A DNA stretch of 64,000 bases from Nitrosopumilaceae archaeon (GTDB lineage Archaea; Thermoproteota; Nitrososphaeria; Nitrososphaerales; Nitrosopumilaceae). Of the stretch, positions 21,501 through 28,674 are shown piece after piece. A program made the translations under genes and the position numbers. The notes under the pieces are model-generated. The model was not told the DNA's origin. It searched no databases and was given only the letters and a program-made list of their open reading frames with translations. The DNA lies in NCBI GenBank assembly GCA_965208905.1, contig OZ242365.1, positions 704,001 to 768,000 on the forward strand, in the 5' to 3' direction. Each line of letters opens with the position of its first letter. Position 1 is the stretch's first letter.

Positions 21501-23418
21501 GGGTACAGATCACACTGGTCCCGTCAAAGTGATGGTAAAGAGAGGTTCATCCTATCTTGTGTTAGGTTATGCAGGTGGTCCAGAGGAAACTGGTGATAGA
21601 GCAGGATTCCTTAAGACCGACTCTGATAAGGTAAGACAATTCGGACCAATCCAGGAGATTGCTCCTGATGCAGGAGTCTTTGAGATTGACATTGAACTTG
21701 CGTATACTGACGGTCCCTCTAGTGGTGACTGTCCAAACACAGCCCCTGATGGCTATCCAGACTACCTAACTGATAATGGTGACGACAACCGATTTGCCAC
21801 AAGTGATCACTTCTGTATACTACAAGGCGATACGCTTGAAGTAGAGTACAGAGACCCACTTGACGCATCTGGTGATCCAAACACTGTCACAGATTCAGCA
21901 ACCTTCGATCTACGAAATGGTGTGCTACAATCTGACAAGAGCCAATATGTTATTGGTACTGACATGATACTGACACTCATAGAACCAGACTTTGACTTAG
22001 ACAACGACCAAGCCGAGACCTACGACCTTGACCTGATTGAATGGGACTCTGATGCTGCTACACTCACCATGGGTGACAGTGGCGGAGAGGACACTGCATT
22101 TGATCCAGAACCAACCGACTTTAGGGAGACTGGTGACAGTACTGGTATATTCCAGACTATAATCGAGATTCCTGCAGAGTTGGAGGGTGACAGGTTGGAG
22201 AGAAACGAGGCTATCACACTAGAGTATGTAGACTGGGGTCCCGCTGGCGCTAACTATGTTGGTGATGAGGATGAGGATGTACGACTTGATGTTGTAACCT
22301 CTGACTTTGGTGCTACCATAGAACTAGACCAGAAGGTTTACACCTGGACTGACAAAGTATACATCACTATAGTAGCTCCTGACCACAACTATGACAGCGA
22401 CTTGGTGGACGAGATTGGTGACACATCAACAGATCCACTAAAGATATCTACTCGTGGTCATGACCTTGACAGATACAAATTGGTTGAAACAGGCACAGAT
22501 ACCGGCATCTTTACTGGTGAGATAATTCTGACTGGATTCTCAGCTCACGATGCTGATGGTGACGGCGTACAGAGTGACGCTGATGGTGAGACAGGTGGTG
22601 ATGGACCCACAAGTGGGAAACTCCAAACCACTAACGATGACGGACTCTCTGTATCATACGAATACAGCGAGGATGTTACTATCGTCACATCTGCTCTAGT
22701 TCGCTGGAACATTGGTGAGGTACAATGGCTTGAATCAAGCTACCCCGCTAGTGGCACTGGCATAGTTCGAGTTATAGACCCAGACATGAACCTAAACCCA
22801 GAAGCTGTCGATAACTTTGACATCAACGTTTGGTCTGATTCAGACGCTGGTGGTATTGACTTGACTGTAACGGAGACGAATGAAGCGACTGGAATATTCG
22901 AGGGTACTGTATCCTTCACAATCGAGACGGAGTCCTCTGGACACCGACTCAGAGCTGCTGAGGGCGACACTGTTACCGCCGAGTATGAAGACCGCACACT
23001 TCCAGATCCATACAGTACGAGAGATGATCTCGATGTCACGGCCACCACACTGATTGGCACTATTGTACCTCCACTGGAGAGAGCACCCGCCTCTAACTTG
23101 AGAGTGGTTGACTCGTTCGGAAACAGTCTAGATACTGTCTCTGTTGACCAGCAGGTACAGATAACCGCTGATCTGACAAACGGTCAGAACAGAAACCAGG
23201 CATTTGCATATCTGGTACAGGTTCAAGATGCTAATGGTGTAGTAGTAAGTCTAGCTTGGATTACAGGTTCACTCACTCCTTCACAATCATTCAGTCCGGC
23301 TGAGTCTTGGACTCCCGATATGGCTGGCACATACACTGTGACTGCCTTTGTATGGGAATCACTTGATAACCCGACTGCACTTTCACCACCTATAACGACA
23401 GAAATTACCGTACAATAA
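18565..23418 (+). CDS. slaA: Major S-layer protein (Nitrosopumilus type)
   Basis: MENEIIRKSTSITLMAIMVAGGLTFA leader; acidic Ig-like repeats; canonical end AFVWESLDNPTALSP. Confidence 0.9.
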   Translation: MENEIIRKSTSITLMAIMVAGGLTFAIPGVLPAAYADNALYVSAESEMFENYFVGAQVIEVIVNDDQYRTDENRGDSYMPIVTVDDNPLPMYQATSGNWYGYFVEKDKAMEAQNENLFDFGDRAELSTDECPTVDDIECTTDNFKFEFSETRNVLAEPPGRPAIYAFGFTEGSDIDVELENGADTETVTLSYDTVEDYAGLMLDRGAYPQMAHIHLEVTDAWLNIDPTSEDVWYFNTVENNEASYRGTSNYVALQDTGLMCDDNCVLLINPDRQGTNENGVLKVASNMDHEFDDDAEKKYYPIRLEEGSPNSGVFTNTDDDDAANLMITDDARRGTTATIDYNDSPIDIAVANSFASIDIQLDDDTWNSGEEIPVVITDDDANKNGASDEDMLVSDPDTIIPTLVTGSPVTLDDNSMYNADGQYADREAYMDTETTTFSKRGTVSVDGNTLVLLYDKQPLSLLNHGDDFKGFAYFNYHFESVSDSVSITLTNLNSVDAVVANNCINNNSLDMTLSCLEDAGAISSDDRENFLDFDDIPDFGSDACSVTLVDNGDASGYVNIDKSLNMLGSCDADESIVLVISGDMLNGDDAPVVADFMSFGYNDDGVQGSERVADQIIRIEAEETDDNTGVFEGALEYIMVNQLNVLDKATYDSVDPISDAPIFIVFEDMTDEDAPKVTYLDLGADGVATQVSDRQEAPSHSGIVTFDSGNYKIADTVTVTLNDPDLNTDSELIDIYTVVRQADSSVFGKAGEVLTYGMLEYNQAAQNVIEDCEDDNNNRAHQVDCEAIEVKETFGDLGRLLDITFDDADWPKPNTSGCSFGGDGDGLHATGFSLVETGVATGVFVGDFQIPAKWCEDGEPETTTGYDIEVNYVDFRDASGEIIEVGDSSAVGAHTGSVSLDRTVYPVPFGLPENFGHDRDHEADPDNESFFPIHSTGFDGDSGLKYINAGDLTIHIRVTDTDYDVSATGQDTISQAVEGTDHTGPVKVMVKRGSSYLVLGYAGGPEETGDRAGFLKTDSDKVRQFGPIQEIAPDAGVFEIDIELAYTDGPSSGDCPNTAPDGYPDYLTDNGDDNRFATSDHFCILQGDTLEVEYRDPLDASGDPNTVTDSATFDLRNGVLQSDKSQYVIGTDMILTLIEPDFDLDNDQAETYDLDLIEWDSDAATLTMGDSGGEDTAFDPEPTDFRETGDSTGIFQTIIEIPAELEGDRLERNEAITLEYVDWGPAGANYVGDEDEDVRLDVVTSDFGATIELDQKVYTWTDKVYITIVAPDHNYDSDLVDEIGDTSTDPLKISTRGHDLDRYKLVETGTDTGIFTGEIILTGFSAHDADGDGVQSDADGETGGDGPTSGKLQTTNDDGLSVSYEYSEDVTIVTSALVRWNIGEVQWLESSYPASGTGIVRVIDPDMNLNPEAVDNFDINVWSDSDAGGIDLTVTETNEATGIFEGTVSFTIETESSGHRLRAAEGDTVTAEYEDRTLPDPYSTRDDLDVTATTLIGTIVPPLERAPASNLRVVDSFGNSLDTVSVDQQVQITADLTNGQNRNQAFAYLVQVQDANGVVVSLAWITGSLTPSQSFSPAESWTPDMAGTYTVTAFVWESLDNPTALSPPITTEITVQ

Positions 23419-23425
23419 TTCTAAA

Positions 23426-23440
23426 TTTTTTCCTTTTTTT
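23426..23440 (+). terminator. Archaeal oligo-T terminator
   Basis: TTTTTTCCTTTTTTT just after the slaA stop. Confidence 0.6.
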
Positions 23441-23477
23441 GTAAACCAATATTAGATGATACTGCGCATGATATTTT

Positions 23478-24440
23478 ATGAAGTGTTATATTTTGCTGAT
23501 GGTACTGTTATTGGTACCATTTGTATCTATATCGTATGCTGATTTAGAATTATATACTAACAGTAAGGTGTACACTACCGGCCAGCCGTTATTTGTATTT
23601 GGACAAACTTCTCCTCATGATAGTGTAGTAATACGGGTGCTTGGACCTGATGATGCCATTATTAGGTTTGATCAGATAACTGCAGAGCCGGACGGCTCAT
23701 ATCAGTATATTGTATTGACATGGCCCGAGGCCACCGTAACTTTTCCGTATGGGACGTATACAATTGAAGCTATAAGTACACAACAGAGTGATGAGTCCAG
23801 CTTGATTAATGTACGGTTTGCCGAGTCTTCAGAACTGGTAGAGACTCCAGTTGAGCGCAGTATACAGATGTTGATATTTGCCCCCGATATGGCTGCGGTA
23901 GGCGACACATTGCGCGTCTTTGTCCAGACTACCAGCGATGGGCTGTTAGTGGGGAACAATCCTGACTCTTTACTGGGAACTACCCATGTCCATCTACCAG
24001 ATGATACTGTGCATGATATCAGTGATAGCTTTGAGGCTCTACATAGGGGTCTATTCTATGCCGACTATACACCACATCAGGAAGGAACATACGTGTTTCA
24101 TGCCGTTGCGTTTAGCCAGGGCACAATATCGCATGGTTCTGCAGCTACTACAGTCTTGAAGCAAGACATTGGCGATATATCTGATCAAATTATACATCTA
24201 AACACAATACTTGCAGAGACATCTACTGAACTCGAACAACTAAAGGCAGAAGTGTCCGAGTTCAAAGGGACGCTGGAGCAGGCCAGTGATAGAATTGATA
24301 CCAGTGTAACTTCAGTATCTGAATCTGTCTCGAATATAGAGGAGGCATCCTCACAGTTAAACTCAATCTTCTTTCCTGTTGTTGCATTGATAGGTGTGAT
24401 TGTAGCACTACAGATTGCCACACTGGCTCGTAGCCGATGA
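23478..24440 (+). CDS. Membrane-anchored Ig-like/coiled-coil protein, candidate S-layer anchor (SlaB-like)
   Basis: Signal peptide, beta-rich domains, coiled coil, C-terminal TM helix; directly after slaA. Confidence 0.6.
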   Translation: MKCYILLMVLLLVPFVSISYADLELYTNSKVYTTGQPLFVFGQTSPHDSVVIRVLGPDDAIIRFDQITAEPDGSYQYIVLTWPEATVTFPYGTYTIEAISTQQSDESSLINVRFAESSELVETPVERSIQMLIFAPDMAAVGDTLRVFVQTTSDGLLVGNNPDSLLGTTHVHLPDDTVHDISDSFEALHRGLFYADYTPHQEGTYVFHAVAFSQGTISHGSAATTVLKQDIGDISDQIIHLNTILAETSTELEQLKAEVSEFKGTLEQASDRIDTSVTSVSESVSNIEEASSQLNSIFFPVVALIGVIVALQIATLARSR

Positions 24441-24474
24441 TATGTTATGTGCGGCGTTTTATATCATTCTTTAT

Positions 24475-25950
24475 GGGAATTATATAGATAAGAACACAGC
24501 CACAGATGCGCGCTTATCCCTTTTCTGACGACTTCGTTGTATGGAGTGGAGCATGGCGGGTGTTGGCTTGTAGCCCTCCTTGTGCCCCGGCCGTCTTAGG
24601 ACGACATTCCCCGCCGCCCGATACAGAATGTTCCAGGCGGCATTGACATCCGCGTGGAATACCCTGGTACAATTAGTGCAAATGAATTTGTCGCGTGATA
24701 TACGCGACTCTGAATCTACGTGATCACACACATGGCACGTCTGGCTCGTATATTTGGCCGATGCCCCCAACAGCGGTATGTTGTGTATCTCACACCACTG
24801 CGCAAGCTTGCGCAGGAACTCCCCAACACGGTTCTCCCGCATTGAACGGTTCATGGCGCGTTTGTAATTCCCGCCATGTGTGGTCATGTCTTTTACGGAG
24901 AACGACTCGACCACAATTGCGTCCACACCATTAGTTATCTGCGCAATCGTCTGATTTATCGTGTTCGCAGCTATGTTGTTGGCCTTCCTGTATAGCCGCC
25001 TTATTTGGTCATTCAATACACACCACTTCCGGCCATGCCGTACCTTGTGGTCACGAAGGTTCTTGAGCGCGTCAATCTCCCGCAGGATTGCTCTATGGCG
25101 TGTGTTGTGTATTGTAACATTGCCATTTGTGTCGACGGTAACTGCCAAGTGCTTGCAGCCCACATCGACACCACGCATTACACCAGTATTGCGGTGCGGC
25201 TCGACCGGGACGCGCACGGCGATATGCAGCTCAAACATGTGGTCTGACGGCTTTGTATGCTTGTCCACCCGTTTGGTGACATCAACTATCTTGAATGAGC
25301 GCATGTCCCATGATACAGCGATGGGCTTGGCGGTCTCTACAATACCATATCCGGGGATATGGATGGTGTGCTCACCTTTTCTTACCGGCGGATTTATACA
25401 GCTAAGTATGATGCGGCCGTCTTTGCGGCGGTACGGCGCGTGGTCTGAGTTGTCATCTATAACCCTTCTACATGCGACGGAGGCATCCTGTATGGCGCCC
25501 CTGCCAAACGATGCGGGGTACTCGCGCAGCCATGTATGTTTGGCGCGCCACCCCGTAAGCTGCTTGAACATGCCATACTTTAATGCCCTCTTTGACGGCC
25601 CAAAATCATATGTATGGTAGTCATCGTCCAACGTACCTGATGTAAAATCCAGCTTGCCCGGTAGTTTGAAGGGCTGCAGGATGTCCACTACCACCCTCCC
25701 CATATATTCACCACCAAACAAATACTCTGATACGGCGCGGTTGTACACATGTCTGGATACATGGCCCATACGGTGCACCCACTCTGCAAACAACACATCC
25801 CTTCGTAGCGGTACCTTGACTATCCGTATCATGATGTGTAATACGGTATACTGGTATTTAAGGAAGAATGTGGCGCATAGGCATGAAATCCATGGTGGTT
25901 TAGGCGTTAACCAAAACCTCCACAGGTGTGTTCTAATCTATATAATTCCC
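24475..25950 (-). mobile_element. TIR-bounded non-autonomous element carrying tnpB (IS1595-like ends)
   Basis: 24-bp TIRs 24475-24498 and 25927-25950 (23/24); 8-bp TSD TTCTTTAT at 24467-24474 and 25951-25958. Confidence 0.9.
24480..25832 (-). CDS. tnpB: TnpB RNA-guided endonuclease (copy 2)
   Basis: GVDVG, VVE, TSQTCHVC, CTNC, HADVNAAWNI; stop codon lies inside the TIR. Confidence 0.92.
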   Translation of the reverse strand: MIRIVKVPLRRDVLFAEWVHRMGHVSRHVYNRAVSEYLFGGEYMGRVVVDILQPFKLPGKLDFTSGTLDDDYHTYDFGPSKRALKYGMFKQLTGWRAKHTWLREYPASFGRGAIQDASVACRRVIDDNSDHAPYRRKDGRIILSCINPPVRKGEHTIHIPGYGIVETAKPIAVSWDMRSFKIVDVTKRVDKHTKPSDHMFELHIAVRVPVEPHRNTGVMRGVDVGCKHLAVTVDTNGNVTIHNTRHRAILREIDALKNLRDHKVRHGRKWCVLNDQIRRLYRKANNIAANTINQTIAQITNGVDAIVVESFSVKDMTTHGGNYKRAMNRSMRENRVGEFLRKLAQWCEIHNIPLLGASAKYTSQTCHVCDHVDSESRISRDKFICTNCTRVFHADVNAAWNILYRAAGNVVLRRPGHKEGYKPTPAMLHSIQRSRQKRDKRASVAVFLSI

Positions 25951-26219
25951 TTCTTTATCATGTATAGAATATCTTGCGCAGTCTTTATGCCGCATGTCAC
26001 ATCATGTGTAGTGGGCATATCTTCTATGCTGGGATATCTTGCTACTATCCATGATGAGATTATGTCCCATTCGTATTGTACACGTTTGATATCCCAGCCA
26101 TCAGGTACTGAATCTATTTTGACGAACTCGTCAGTATCTTGACGTGTATTTTTGTATGCGGTTGGAGTGGACCCCATAGAATGTTACTGTTTTCGGCATG
26201 ATTTTACATACATCTTCCA

Positions 26220-27077
26220 TCATTTATTTGTCATCTCCAACTGTTCGGCAAATTCTACTGGTGTCATGTATCCGATAGAGGAATGAATCCTCTCGGTGTT
26301 GTAATCTACAAAGGCCTTTGCAATGATCGTCTCTGCCTCCTGATAGTTCGCAAACTCGTGCGGCCAGATGTATTCCTTTTTCAGCGTCTTGTGAAATGAT
26401 TCGACATGTCCGTTCTGCTCCGGCGTATTCTTGTAGATGAATTCATGTTTGCCGATGCCAAGGGCCTGAACCGCATGTCTAAAGTCGCGGCTCGTATACT
26501 GGTTGCCGTTGTCCGTACGCAATCGTAATTGTGAGCAGTCAGGTTTCTCTGCGGCAACCGCGTTGGTGATTGAGGTGATTGCAATGTCTCGTGTGGCATT
26601 GACATCAAACGCGTAGGCGATCCACTTGCGCGTAAAGCAGTCAATTACGTTGAAGCAGTAGCACCAGCCGTCTATACCGCACCAGATGTATGTGATGTCC
26701 GTCTCCCACAACTGGTGTGGGGCTTTGGGTTTGAAGAGCTTTTGACCCGCTCGAATGATGTCGTTTTTGGTATTTTGTGGCTGGATGTAGCCCATTTTGC
26801 GATATATCCGCTGTATCTGCTTGCGGTTCACCACAATTCCCGTATCGCGCGTTATCTGGGCCGCCATGCGCCGTGTGCCGTACGTGGGCCTCTTTCTGCT
26901 CGTATCTAGCACAGTGCTCAATATATCCGGATTCAATCCCATGTCTCTGGGCTTGGGTTTGTAGTACCATTGGCGCCTGGATACGCCCGCATACCCTAGC
27001 GACTTGCGCAGGCTCAAATGTTGTTCCTGCATGATTTTTACCGCGTTCAATCGTTGCTTGCCTCCAAGGTTTTTTTT
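26220..27077 (-). CDS. IS3 transposase OrfB (DDE), reached by -1 frameshift
   Basis: WETDITY, RTDNG, VESFHKTLKKE; A8 slippery run at 27070-27077. Confidence 0.9.
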   Translation of the reverse strand, partial: KKNLGGKQRLNAVKIMQEQHLSLRKSLGYAGVSRRQWYYKPKPRDMGLNPDILSTVLDTSRKRPTYGTRRMAAQITRDTGIVVNRKQIQRIYRKMGYIQPQNTKNDIIRAGQKLFKPKAPHQLWETDITYIWCGIDGWCYCFNVIDCFTRKWIAYAFDVNATRDIAITSITNAVAAEKPDCSQLRLRTDNGNQYTSRDFRHAVQALGIGKHEFIYKNTPEQNGHVESFHKTLKKEYIWPHEFANYQEAETIIAKAFVDYNTERIHSSIGYMTPVEFAEQLEMTNK

Positions 27078-27337
27078 AAAGCGTCGTTTGCGATTGTCAG
27101 ATCCCCTATGATTCGCTTTAGGTCGCCGTTCTCCTTTTTGATGGCCTTTATCGGATCCTTCTTTCCGTGATGGGTCAGTCCGGACTTGCCTGCGTCCATG
27201 AACTTTTGCCGCCAGGCTTGAAACGTTTGGGGATGAACGTTGTGCTTGCGGCACAGCTCGGCCGTGCCAATATTGGTCTTGATTGATTCCAAAACGATCT
27301 GGATCTTTTGGTCTGGAGTAAACTTTGTTCTTACCAT
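27047..27337 (-). CDS. IS3 transposase OrfA (HTH)
   Basis: KFTPDQKIQIV...AELCRKHNV...W plus leucine-zipper tail. Confidence 0.9.
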   Translation of the reverse strand: MVRTKFTPDQKIQIVLESIKTNIGTAELCRKHNVHPQTFQAWRQKFMDAGKSGLTHHGKKDPIKAIKKENGDLKRIIGDLTIANDALKKTLEASND

Positions 27338-27511
27338 GGCATCATCCCTCCCATTACGACTTTAAGCTGTATGAACGTGAGTGTTCTCATTCTAGCGGGG
27401 TCCCCACCACGGTGTGTGGCAGTTCATTACCATCCTGATCCATGACATAAGCGACACATGAACGCTTTCCTATATCGATTCCAATACATGTTTTAATTTT
27501 TGTTATATTTT

Positions 27512-27709
27512 TCACCTCCTTTTTTCACAATACTGGCAAGCAGGTGACTGCACTGATACATCAGAACTGCCCGCATTATCGCAGATAACCGGCGCCCACA
27601 AAAGTTGCAGCTAAATTCGCCCCATTCACTATTGAGGGCTCGAAGCCCATGTTTATGCAGGGGTCTGCCCACCATACGTGCCTTTAGATGATCTGACATT
27701 TACTTACTC
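27512..27709 (-). ncRNA. IS110 non-coding left end, candidate bridge RNA (copy A)
   Basis: Directly upstream of the IS110 remnant; aligns without gaps over about 190 nt with 31777-31971. Confidence 0.65.
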
Positions 27710-27804
27710 TCACTAATGCACAACACATCTGTCGTACCATATACTCACATATACCAACATGTCCAGACACCACATATTACAGTGGCACAACTTCATCAAT
27801 CGTA

Positions 27805-28674
27805 CTATTTGTCATCGTCATCATCACCCAAAAAGATATCCATGCCAACTTCAGAAGCCTTCTGATATACGGCATCTAAGGCATCCATAAAGGACTCCTC
27901 ACTTCTCCAAAATGAAAGGCTGCCCAGTTGGCGAGGGAGGGATATGGACACTTCTGGTATGAATGCAGGGTGTGTCGGTACCATGCCATGTACACCTTTG
28001 CCCCAGAATGCATCCATGTCGACTGGAAGATCCTCATTCTTTGGAGCTTTCGGGGCCAGTATGGATACATCGGTATCGTGTTTAACATCTGAGAACGCAC
28101 TTACACCCATCATATCAAGTAAGTCCTTGGGGTCCATGCCCCTCACCCGCAGTATCAGAAGTGGTTCCAGATCAAAGCGCTCGGATACTATCAAATATAC
28201 CGCCGCTATATGTTTACAGGGATTGGCCCAGTCCCAGCAATTACAGTCAGTCTTTAGGTCATCGGGAAAGAGTGAAAGACCCACATCGCTAAAGACACTC
28301 TCCAGCTCTTCAGGCATCTGACCAGCCATCATCTTGGCGGCAATGACAGGTCTTGCCATCAACGAGTCTGCCACTTTCTTCCACTCGTCGGTACCCAGAC
28401 GTTTTACATTTATAGATACCTTGTACGGTTGGGACTCTGAGCCATACACGTCTCCATACACGCCACCCTTCTTCACATCTATTGACTCAACCTGGCCGCG
28501 GCGAGCGTATGAGCGAGCCCGGGCGAGTCGGCTATCATCTATTTTTTTATACAATATATCATTCCATCTCTTACCCCACCAGGTTCTAGCAGACTCACCG
28601 CGCTTTGACTGCAGTTTTATACCACCCTTGACCTTTTTGAGGCTACGAGATGTGTAATAATATCCGCCCCACAC
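27805..28674 (-). CDS. SWIM zinc finger protein
   Basis: RLARARSYARRGQV; CNC...CKH. Confidence 0.9.
   Translation of the reverse strand: MWGGYYYTSRSLKKVKGGIKLQSKRGESARTWWGKRWNDILYKKIDDSRLARARSYARRGQVESIDVKKGGVYGDVYGSESQPYKVSINVKRLGTDEWKKVADSLMARPVIAAKMMAGQMPEELESVFSDVGLSLFPDDLKTDCNCWDWANPCKHIAAVYLIVSERFDLEPLLILRVRGMDPKDLLDMMGVSAFSDVKHDTDVSILAPKAPKNEDLPVDMDAFWGKGVHGMVPTHPAFIPEVSISLPRQLGSLSFWRSEESFMDALDAVYQKASEVGMDIFLGDDDDDK

Larger units (their letters stand above)
26163..27409 (-). mobile_element. IS3-family insertion sequence, apparently intact (1247 bp)
   Basis: Imperfect TIRs TGGAGTGGACCCC-ATAGAATG / TGGTGGGGACCCCGCTAGAATG; 4-bp TSD CGGT at 26159-26162 and 27410-27413. Confidence 0.92.
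26118..27506 (-). pseudogene. IS110-family recombinase N-terminal remnant, split by the IS3 element
   Basis: Removing the IS3 restores TKIKTCIGIDIGKRSCVAYVMDQDGNELPHTAYKNTRQDTDEFVK; preceded by AGGAGGTGA; start codon reads ATA. Confidence 0.75.

Noticed and set aside
25938-26177. 79-aa ORF as a real gene
   Set aside because: Its start comes from the IS3 end and its stop from the TIR; it is a by-product of insertions.
27078-27254. N-terminal extension of the 344-aa IS3 ORF
   Set aside because: Overlaps OrfA out of frame; OrfB is better explained by frameshifting at the A8 run.
27493-27699. 68-aa ORF with a CNFC motif
   Set aside because: Lies within the IS110 non-coding end; the homologous copy B has in-frame stops.
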